Below, piece by piece: positions 53,691 to 64,000 of a stretch of 64,000 bases of DNA. Positions within the stretch are counted from its first letter, which is position 1. Every line of letters starts with the position of its first letter. The notes below the pieces were generated by a model. It saw only the letters and a list, made by a program, of their open reading frames with translations. It had not been told where the DNA came from and did no database searches. Source of the DNA: the human T2T-CHM13v2.0 reference genome, Homo sapiens; assembly GCF_009914755.1 (NCBI RefSeq), contig NC_060931.1; one strand, written 5' to 3'. Made by a program: the position numbers and the translations under genes.

Positions 53691-55462
53691 ACAGTATGAG
53701 GAACAGAAAATGGAGAGATTACTAGGGGTATGGAGTTCTCACCCTGAATGCATATCTTATGCAAAGAATGTATGTATTGCAAATGCTAAGGTATCTATTT
53801 TGAACACTTAATTTCTCACTCATTCTATACAGCAAAAGTGTGATATGTAAGAAAAGTGTTAATTCCAGTAGTTTGCCTTGATTAGCACATTTGAATAGAC
53901 TGAATTGGTTTAACATGGAAATTCTTGATATTTTTTCAAGACTCTTACATGTTCTAAAAATAAATAACTTTCTTCTGAAGCAGGGCAGGACCAAAGGGCA
54001 GAAAAAAATAGCCCTGGGTCAGTTATGTCCTGAGAGTGTGGCACCAAACATTCCCCTTTCCAACTTGTTCCCCATTGCGCCCTGCCACCTCAAACCCATT
54101 TGACCATATGCTACAGTCCCATTGAACTGTGCTATTCCCCAAACATCGGCCACTTCCATAGGAAATGATCCCCAGTTCGCATCCTACTCGCATGTCAATG
54201 TCTGGCTCTCACTGCTCCTCCTTTAGGAAGCCCCCTCTGTGCTCCAGCTCTTGCAAGCACTCTTTAGTACGTTATACCTTTGTCATGCATGTATCCCATT
54301 TCACCTGCAATGTTGTTAGTGTTTTCAGACCCTCCCATATTACATGCTTTTTGAGACAGACTCTATGTTGATCATTTGTGTAAGTCCCACAGTACCCAGA
54401 ACAGCACTGTGTGCTTTGTAGGGGCTCAGTAAAAAGACTCATTATACCGAATTAACATAAAGATAAATTTAGCATTGTGGAGCCAACTACTTAGGCTTCC
54501 TGACTCTTAGCAAATTAAAAATTTTGGTTGATTAGTGTGCTTCTCCCTGCTTTAGAAACATATGGAGGACCTTGCTCAGAAACCCAAGGTAGTCTCCCAT
54601 TTCCTTCCATCAAGGTAAATTATCCCATCCTCCTTCCCCTTGGCCCCACCACTCCATTCCTGCAAAGTGTCACAGTGTAGCAGGGACTGGAGCAGTGGGG
54701 AGAAATGCGCTCTGATCTGCTAAAGGAGTTTGGGGTTATGTGACTGTATATGGACATGTGTGTGGGTACACACTCGTGCTGAAAATAACCCGGTGACACT
54801 CTTGAGCATCAACATTCTTACCTGTAGTCAGCTATCATACTGCAGCTGATCAGGACCAGCAGTTAGCTATACAGATGGGCAGAATTAAGGTCTGAATCTT
54901 ACTTTTGAGTGTCTAGATGTTAGATTGTTCTTAGGTAGCCCACATTCTCTAGCAACTTACTGATGGGTAAACATGCAACCCAATGTAAGTATATGTTATA
55001 TGTTAGGTCCCCAACATAAAATGCCAACTTACTAACTTTGCCAAGAGAAACCTAACTTCCCACTGGATCACAGTGCCCTTGCTTATAGGTCAGTATTCTG
55101 AACTCTGCTGAGAACTTGAGTTTCTGGGCCCTTGGTTTGGGCTAGGCATGGCTGGGACAGGACTAGTGTGAGGTTATTAAGGATAATCTTAAAGGCTGAG
55201 TCTAGAGGCAACCTGGGCATTGAAAAATCAAGCTGGTGGTCCAATTATGTTAATACATTCAAAAGGACTGGGAAGGGAGGCAGAATCTAGGTGTGGCAAT
55301 AATATGGCAATTGAGGGCACCAAAACAAAGCAAAAGGGTTGAGAGGGAGGGTGGGGAAACAGATCTAGGGGAATCCTAAAACCAATGGAGCGTTGACACT
55401 TTTTATAGTACATAAGGCTAGGAACAGGGAAAGGAGTTCACTCAGACACATTTTTTGCAGCC

Positions 55463-56330
55463 ATATTTATTCATTCATTCAACAAATATTATCTACTCTG
55501 ACCAGTCACTATCCTAAGTATTGCCAATACATCGGTGAACAATATGGACAAAATCTATGCCTTCATTGGAGGTTAACGTCTAAAAGGAGAGACAAACAAC
55601 AAAAAATACTGAAATGTTAAGTCTAATATATATAATGAAGAAAAACTTAAGGCAGCAGAGAAGATGGCAATGCAGGGACAGTGGGTGGGGAATAGTTTGC
55701 ATTTTAAATAGAATGGTCAAGTAAGACCTCAATGAGATGAAATTTGGACTAAGTCTTGAAGAAGCAAGCCATTCAGATATGTAGGGGAAAATGCGTAACA
55801 GGCAGAGGGAATAGGAGGTGCAAAGACCCTGAGGTGGGTGTGTACCTGATGTGTTTGAGGAACAGTTAGTAGGCCAGAATGTCTGGGGATGAGATCAGGA
55901 AAGTGATAGGGTTGTGTTGTGTAGGGCCATGGAGGCTATTACAAGGAATTTGGCTTTTACTCTGAAATGGGAGCCATTGGAGAACTTTTTGCAGAGAAGT
56001 GACATGACTTGACTTGTGTTTTAATGCATTACTATAGCAGCTGTGTGGGAATGGGCTGCAAGGGAGGCCAAAGATAGAAATGAGAAGACCCATTAGGGGG
56101 CTTCTGCAGAAATATGGATGACAGATGATGGTGGCTTTGACAGGGTGATAGCAGGGGAGGTGGTGAAAAGTGGACAGATCCTGGAAATGTTTGGAAGGAA
56201 GAGATAATTTGCTGATAGATTGGATGTGGGTTTGATGGAAAGGGAAATCAGAGATGGCTCCAAGACTTTTGGCCTGAGTAGCTGGAAGCAGTTGCCTTTG
56301 AAGTGGGGAAGATCAAAAGCTGGATGCACA
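55463..56330 (-). mobile_element. L2 LINE 3' region
   Basis: attcattcattcaacaaata tail; gtgcaaagaccctgagg; ggctccaagacttttggcctgag. Confidence 0.85.
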
Positions 56331-58026
56331 TGAAGCCAGAGTCCAGGGAACATTTGTCACAGCTAGTGCTTCCAGGTGGTGTGCTGGCGCCATTGAGGTG
56401 ACTCTCCTACCAGACACACAGGAAGGGTGATGTGAGTTGGTCAGGGCGATGTCAGTTGGTCGGGACACCTTTTCGCGGCACACACTGGGGAAAACCTGAA
56501 AACTTCATCCCCGTTTTTGTATGGTTTAAGACTCTGTTCTCCTTCTATTGTAATAGGTTTTGCAGTTGATTACCACTAATTATGTGGTGGTGGAGAAATA
56601 GCTTTTATGTCTCCACTCTGCTACTTCCCAAGGCTGTGATTGGGTGGGAAAGGTATAATTGCAGTACCATTCAATAAAGGAATGTTCTGGAATATGGGGC
56701 AACCTGACAGGTAGAAAAGGAGGCAGATGTATTCATGTAAATTATTACATACTTTGGATATTTTGTGACCCCTTAGCATGCATGGTCTTGAAAATTTAGA
56801 TATAATTCTTCCTCCATTTTAATTCTTTCTTCCAGAATTGGTTTTCTTTAAAAGCTAATGTATACATGCCTGCATCCTATTTTCACTCAAAGTGACAGAT
56901 GGTTGAAACCGACTCTAGCTACATTTTTTAAAAAGTCTTGAATTTAAAAAAATACACATGAGTATCAGAAGGGTTTAAGCCTTTTAGAACTGGTTGAGAA
57001 ATCTGCTCTGAATGCTGCTTCATACCACTGAGTTATCCATTCGTGTACAAAATGCTGTGTGCTGGGCCAGGGTAGGGAATTTGCAGCCAAGCTTTTCAGA
57101 TGGGTATTTGCTTTCTAAAAGGAATATAAAGGTTGTGCTGATGGGGCAAATAGCAAATATCCAAATCCAAGAGCGGCATTTAGCATTTGTGTTGACATGG
57201 TCTGCAGGGAATATGTGATGGTCCTGCATTTCAGGCAGTATTGATTTTCTACACTCTTATCTGCATAGTAAGGTAGCTGGAAAAGTTGATTAATCTTTCG
57301 AGAACACCCACTTTGATGTGTTTGTACTTTGGAGTATTGAGGGACTTATTTTATGTTTTTTTCTCTTTAATCGTCTGGTAGATTTAAACAAATAGAGTGG
57401 AGTTTGCTTTGGTCATTCTGTGATACAGTTTTCCTGCCAGTGCTCTGTGAATACATTACAGGTTCCATGTATACCCAATGTTAATTTCTTGGCAGCACTC
57501 AAGGTAATCAGAGCCTGGTAAGTCTCCTGTGGTAGTGAACACCTTTCTCTGTTCACCCTAACATACCTTGCAAATGTCATCATGATCTGTGGGTGTCATG
57601 ACATGCAAAATGTTGGCTGAGAAAGGATAAAGGTAGAGATAAATTTAGAATTAAAAATTTTTCAGTTTAAGAATTGATGTAGCTCAATATATTTCAAAAG
57701 TTTAACTGCAAGTAACAATTATAAATAATATGTGTATGTAACAGTAAATGTATGTATGTGTGTCCAAAACAAGTTTCTTACCATGTGCAGTACATTCTAA
57801 TAATTCTAAGCTGTTACATCACAGAAATGGCTGCCTGTGACCACTGACTTGATTTTGTAACTCACCAGTGGGTTGCAACCCATGTTTTAAAAGGCTGATG
57901 TAGAGTGAATTACACACTAGGAATTAATTATCTTGTCTTGTGCTTGCTCAGATCCTTCTGTGTTTCCCTTCTGCGTACAGAGAAGTTCAGACCCCCTTAA
58001 AGCATGGCATAGCCAACTTTTGGCTA

Positions 58027-58139
58027 TAGGGTGACCAATTTGGCCAGGTTTGCCTGGGACTTTCCTGGTTCTAGCACTGTACATCCTGTGTCCTGTGTAC
58101 CTCTTTATTTATGTGCAAACTAAGATGGTTGCTCACTCA
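58027..58139. mobile_element. MER81-like hAT-Blackjack MITE
   Basis: 113 bp with TIRs tagggtgaccaa / ttgctcactca; internal ggtttgcctgggactttcctgg. Confidence 0.8.
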
Positions 58140-59924
58140 GTCTTTGGAATCTGGTCTCTGACTGCCTTTCCATTTGCATCTTCCTCCACCCCATTTTGTA
58201 CTCACTGTTCCATCCATATCTCATTACTTGTCCCACAAACTGGTCATTCTTCTTACCTCCCACCTTTGTCCATGCTTCCCCCTCTGCCTGGGAGCACCAC
58301 TCACCTGTGCTTTCCTCAGGTCTGGTCTTCCTCCATTCTGATTTGTTGAGTCAACCTACTTTTTGGAAACTTTCTTTCACTGCTTTCTTGTGAGCAAGGT
58401 GGTAACCACAGACTACATGGACTTATGGAATCTTTAGTAACTCTGTGTTTTCCTCAGCTGTTATATTCTTTATCATCTGTTGAACAAACATTAGAAGGAA
58501 AACTGCTGACATAAAGTGGGTGACTATGGCGAAGAAAGAATACAAGATAAGTAGAATAAATCAATAGAGATGATATGGCCAACAGAGTGGGGCAAGAGAA
58601 GATGCAAAAAAACACAACTACAGGCTTATGCAGTGGCTAAGTGGCTGAGAGCATGTGCTGTGGAGAATTTGGGTTTGAATCCTGGATCTTCACATGCCAA
58701 AGTTGTTTGCTTTGGTTGTGAGGATAGAGTATTACCTTAGAGGCCTCTTCTCTGCATGTGCTTTTCCACTCATCATGACCCCAACAGGGATTGGTGGTCC
58801 TTAAAATTAGGTAGGCTTAATTACAAATTCATACGTATTTTGTAGTAAATTTGAGAGAGAATTAAGTGGTCTTAAGATGTGAAGATATTCTTAATTTATA
58901 GTTTTAGAAGATTAGAATAAATTGATTTTTTGTGAGCATGTGTAATGCTGATCTATTTTAGGAAAATCTAATTTTACTTTATTATCTGAATTAAATAATA
59001 TTTAAATTTATTATTGAAATTAAAATTATTCCTTCATTGTGATTAATGTATCTTGATAGAAATTTCCTTTAATATGATAGTTTAAATTTGTGCTCACTTG
59101 GGGGTTGCAAAAACAGCTGGATGGCTTAAATTTGCCTGCATCCTCTATCGAGAGAGAGTGCCCATTTCAGGCAGGCCTACTGGCCCATGTTGTCTTGATT
59201 TAACTTTGTTGCACAGAGAATCTGGCTCCTTTATCATACAGCAGGCCAAGGACTCAGAGTCAAAGCTAAAGCTAGTCATATCTAAAGATTTGCTTGTTAT
59301 CAGTTATTTTAAAGATCAGTCTGCCAGGTTACCTGAGAGTAGTTTATTTTTAGACATGTTCATTTATCATCTTAGCAACTCAGAGAAAACAGCTCCAAGC
59401 GCAATAGATGGCTCTGTTCTAAAGCATAGATTATTTTTACATCACTGTTAAAGAGAAAGCCCAGCCATCAACATGATAATTTATCCTCAAGGAATTTGGG
59501 GCAATAAATTCAAGACTGCTGAATTTATTCGTTGAGATAATCAATAGAGATTGTCAATTATAAATTAATGGATTTTGCTAAATCATCCTTTTAGAGTCGG
59601 AAAACAGAGATTAAAAATGTAAATCAGGCAGGAAAAATTATATCAATAGATATATAATGGTAGTGATTTAGTAAAAGATAGTTGAATGGATGAGACAATG
59701 TTAGGAGTATGTGTTTGTTGCACATTTGTACTAATGAGTGAGACAATGACTCTCCCCCGCCATTCCCTATGGGAAGAAAGATTTGTTGCATAATGAGGAA
59801 AAATTTCTCTGATTTTCGTCCTTTAAAAGCATAGAATGCTGAGTCAATTTATTGATGATTGGAAAGTTCTCAAAATTTTAGTGAAAATATGCACAATATG
59901 GACATAATGTCTCCAATAGTTGTT

Positions 59925-61146
59925 TAGCAATTCAAGAGACATTTATTGAGCACTCAGTGCTAGGCACTAAGGTACAGAAGTAAATTAGACATGGCCCCTG
60001 TCTTAAGAGCTTTAAGTCTAACAGGAGGAGAAGAATCACATTAACAGAGTGTAGTCATGCACTATGGTACATGTTCCAGCAGAACTACGTGCAGGGTACT
60101 CTAACAGCACCGGTGAGGGGTGCATGATCCAGTCTTGTGCTGGGATTTAGACATGGTACCCCAAAATAAGGCACCTTGGCATATTGAATATTTTAAGCTG
60201 AAGGAACTTGAGAAATGGCATGTGCAGGAAGGTCTCTCTGACCGTCCCCTCCCCTTCTCTGAAGCAAGTCAAAGGACCCTCATGTGAGAGGGAGGGTGCA
60301 TCCTTATCTCTGAAAACACAGGATACAGAGAGGAATCTGAATGAAGAGGCCAGGCTATGCTTCCCCTAGTTGCTACTCTTAGATAATACTTGTTTTGGCC
60401 AGTCAATGTTTTCCCCACAACTCTTCATTCTTCATGAAGCCTACTACGAAAGCATTCAGGTTTAACTGTTTCTTTGGGTCTTCATTTCCTTATGAAGCCT
60501 CCCATACCATGTAAAACTTACATTAAATAAATTTGTATGATTTTCTCCTTCTAATCTGTCTTTCATTACAGGAGTCTCAGCCAATGAACCTAAGATAAGT
60601 AGAAGGAAAAGATATTTTTCCTCCTCCACACTGGATGCCCTAGGAAGGCTTTCTGGAGGGGATGTGATTGAGTTGAGACAGAAAGATGAATAGGGGGCAT
60701 CAGGTTAAACATGGTGAGAATAACATTTCTGGAATTTGCAAAGGTACAAAGGCAAAAAAAAACCACTTGGTATGCGCCAGTAAATTGTGAACTAGGGAGT
60801 GGAAGGATATATGGATGGAGAGGTGGGAAATAAGAGCATCTCATGTGCCCATGGTAAGGAGTTGGGACATATTTTCTAACAGTGTTTTAAACAGTGTTCT
60901 GTCACCCAAATCTGATGGGTACACTACCATCAGATTTGGTGATAGAAAGCTCACCCTGATATTGCGTGGAGGACGTATCATCAGGGCGCAAGTTTAGCAG
61001 AGGAAGATGAGTTAGGAGAGTATTGCAATTGTCAGAAGCAATGATGAAGACTGGCCTCATGCAATGTGAAAGGACATGGATCAGAGAGGGCAAGCTGGTA
61101 AATATTAGGTGGTCAAATTGGGAGGACTTGAAAATTGGTTGTGGGG
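59925..61146 (-). mobile_element. L2 fragment split by a MER34 LTR
   Basis: acatttattgagcactcagtgctaggcac...; resumes as ggaaggctttctggaggg. Confidence 0.7.
60138..60630 (+). mobile_element. MER34-family ERV1 solo LTR
   Basis: accccaaaataaggcaccttggcatattgaatattttaagctgaagg; aataaatttgtatg; ends ttcctcctccaca; flanks cttg / ctgg. Confidence 0.8.
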
Positions 61147-61668
61147 TGTGGTGAGTTCGAGGATTTGGGGCTGACCAAGGAAAAGACAAGATGGCAGCAT
61201 TACAAAACAGCTTTATTGGGTGGTACTTGGACAGGACTGGATGAGAGGAAGTCTCTCGTGGCAGACCTCCCAAAGACAGCAGCATGAGGCCACCACCCAG
61301 AAGTGGAAGAGGAAAAGGGAACTCCCAGGGCAGAAGGGAATGGAAGTTGCGGCCTATAGGTCTAGGTGATGTTGCTCAGCTGCAAGGTGGGGAGTCTCTG
61401 GGTCAGAGAGTTCCAAAGAGCAACAGCAGTTTAGAATTATTTCTATAGCCACAGGGTTTGTATTATCTATGGCTAGCAGATGTTGGTTGCACACAGAGTC
61501 TAAATGGCTAAAAATATGCTTATTTGAACTCTATTTTAACCAATTGGATGTGTGAGAATTTGTGTTTTATGCCAGTGGGTTATGAGCTAATGGTCCCAGC
61601 CTGCTGTGAAGAAGTAAACAGCATAGGGACCAATGTCCAGGGGCCATCTTTAACTCGTTTACGTAACA
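61147..61668 (-). mobile_element. Old ERVL-type solo LTR (family uncertain)
   Basis: TG...CA-bounded; ctttatt near the left end (minus-strand poly(A) signal); ends ttacgtaaca. Confidence 0.5.
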
Positions 61669-63311
61669 GGCAATGTTTACTCAGTGCCTACTATGTGCCC
61701 AATGTGATGCTGAAGAGCCACCGTGTGAGTTCCAAAGGAAGCTGTGTGATGCTCTATGGAGGATCCACCCCTTTCTATGTGCTCCTTGGGAGTGCCGCTT
61801 GAGATGGAGCAGCTCCTTTCTACTCAATGAATGTTTTAGAACCTCTAGGCGCACAGATGCATAATTTCCTGTTATATAAAGTGCAGTCATGGTAGCTTTC
61901 TTTGTTTGGCTTCTTTGCCTGATACTTGGCCTAAGTATACGATTTATCTTTCCTATCTGTTTTGACCTAAGGTTGTGTGTTTCCTGAGGATCCTGTTGCA
62001 AGTCCTTACTTCTTTCTTCATGTAGTTATCCTTGTGACAGTGCCTAGAGGGCTCCCATCTCCTTTCTTCTGATTCTGTTTTCCGGTTCCTCTTCTGCCCT
62101 AATTTCCAGTGACCCAATTCCAAAATACTGCTCTCTAGTTGTCCAAACTGTTCCATCTTTAGTTTTATACTCTTTCAAGGATTCTACTTGAGATTCTCAT
62201 TTCCTAAGGACTCTTGATATCATCTGAGTGTTTCTTGAAGGAAGATACTCTAAGAAATGAATGGCTGATTCTGTTAATTGGGGAACAGTTTCCTTTCCAA
62301 AGAGAAGCATATTGAATCTCTAAATTGGTGGAATGCACCATAGGGGTCAGAAATTAAACAAAAATTTTCCAAACTTTTTGGCAAAGACGACAGTGGCTTT
62401 TGAGTCCTTTAAGATTTAAGAGCTCTCATCTCTACTCTGTTAACTAGATGAGAGGGCAGATACCCTATGGATTGATTTTTCTCTCTAGCATAATGGGCCT
62501 CTGTACTGAGGGCTCGAGAGCCTCTCCTGTTTAATGTGCTGCAATTGCCAATGCTCAAGTTACAGTTAAAGTAGTACAATTTGGGTAGCTCAGAATCATA
62601 AAACAGTGAAAATAGGACTAGAGACAATATGTAGACACAACAGTCTTAAATACATGTCACAAATTCAGCAAGAGTGATACTAAAGGCTTAATTTTAGAAA
62701 AATTTCTGAATTTCCTAGTCAAGAATTTACCCAATATGAATAAAATTGAGAGGAACCTAGAAAAATCAACATAATGTTTCAACTGTGTGTATGGATTGAG
62801 ATAGTTTTTCCTCCAAAATAGTAGTTCTCTACAGCCACAAATAGGTCCTTCCTATGTAAATGAAACTCCTGCAGTGCTTGGGACTACCCAGTATTGGCTT
62901 TGATGGGGTGTATGGGAATTTCAGAGGAATGCTTTTCCTTCTGGTGTCAGCTCTCTCATGCAATTTACATGTGATGCCACCAGGTGGTGATACAGAGGGA
63001 TAGCAAGACTGGACCGGAAGTAGACTGATCAGCATCCATCATAACGGCTTTTTGTTTAAGAGCTTTCTTTGGATTTAAATTAGTAAAATCTTGAATAAGT
63101 AAACACTGGAAGGAAAGCATTATTTAATGAAAGTGCCCAATAATGAGGAAGTCTGACATTTCCATTTTAACTCTTCCATTTAATGGTTGTAAATGTGTAT
63201 GACTATATCTGTTTCCCTATTTATGGGTAAAATGCTGGTACTGGATTATATAATCCTTGAAGTTCTTGTTTTGAAATGAACATGTATAATTGTAATTATT
63301 AAAGCAGTCTA

Positions 63312-63770
63312 TTAATGCTATTCACAATAGCAAAGACAGCGACTCAACCTAAATGCCCATTAATGGTAGACTGGATAAAGAAAATGTGGTATATGTATGC
63401 CATGGAATATGATGCAGCCATAAAAAAGAACGAGATCATGTCCTTTGCAGAAACATGGATGGAGCTGGAGGCCATTATCCTTAGCAAACTAACGCAGGAA
63501 TGGGAAACCAAATACCAGATGTTCTTACTTGTAAGTGGGAGCTAAATGATGAGAAGGCATAGACACATAGAGGGGAGCAATACACACTGGGCTCTGTTGA
63601 AGGGTGGAGGGTGGGAGTAGGGAGAGGATCAAGAAAAATAACTACTGGAAATTAGGCTTAATACCTGGGGGATAAAATAATCCATAAAACAAGCCCCCAT
63701 GTCACAAATTTATATAAGAAACCTGCACATGTACCCCTGAACTTAAAAATAAAAGTTAAATTTAAAAAAG
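63312..63770 (+). mobile_element. 5'-truncated L1PA (approx. L1PA10-13) 3' end
   Basis: ORF 63315 LFTIAKT...WIKKMWY...MELEAIILSKLTQE; aaacctgcacatgtacccctgaacttaaaaataaaagtt. Confidence 0.9.
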
Positions 63771-64000
63771 TAAAATGAATTAAAAATGCCTCTGTGAACA
63801 AAGATGATGGTTTGCAAACTCCTCAGTGATATGAAGAAGCCTACTAGATATAATTGAGGTCTGTAAAAATCACCCTTTGTTTTCTCTTGTAAAATTAAAT
63901 ATAATTAAGACCAAAAAAAAAGCAGCCTACAGCAAAATTAGGACAAAGGAATAAAAAAAATCACACAAACATAAATCTATAGTTCATTAACAACTGTCTT

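Overview
Human-like (primate) genomic DNA, dominated by interspersed repeats. The AluYb8-lineage copy at 458-764 belongs to a human-specific subfamily. No protein-coding exon can be supported; the ORF-track hits are L1, Tigger1 or Alu remnants, or GC-rich artefacts. Bases 1-38 kb are a nested graveyard of LINE-1, LTR and DNA transposons. A CpG-island promoter with a non-coding first exon sits at about 40.25-41.35 kb on the + strand (tentatively LRRC8B), and the rest of the window looks like its first intron. The standout is a near-full-length old primate L1 (L1PA15/16-like, 3125-12985) preceded by about 380 bp that reads like a spliced, CpG-decayed cellular 5'UTR. From memory it resembles GULP1 non-coding exons 1-2, joined at CCCAG|ATGG to the L1 start, i.e. 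a candidate host-promoter-captured chimeric L1. Other notable items: a pristine AluYb8a1, an L1MA with both ends but no ORFs, two candidate L1 3' transductions, an old ~200-bp intronic duplication carrying ETS motifs, and a MER81-borne perfect NF-kB site. Repeat subfamily and gene names come from recalled consensus sequences, not database searches; coordinates of old repeats are approximate.
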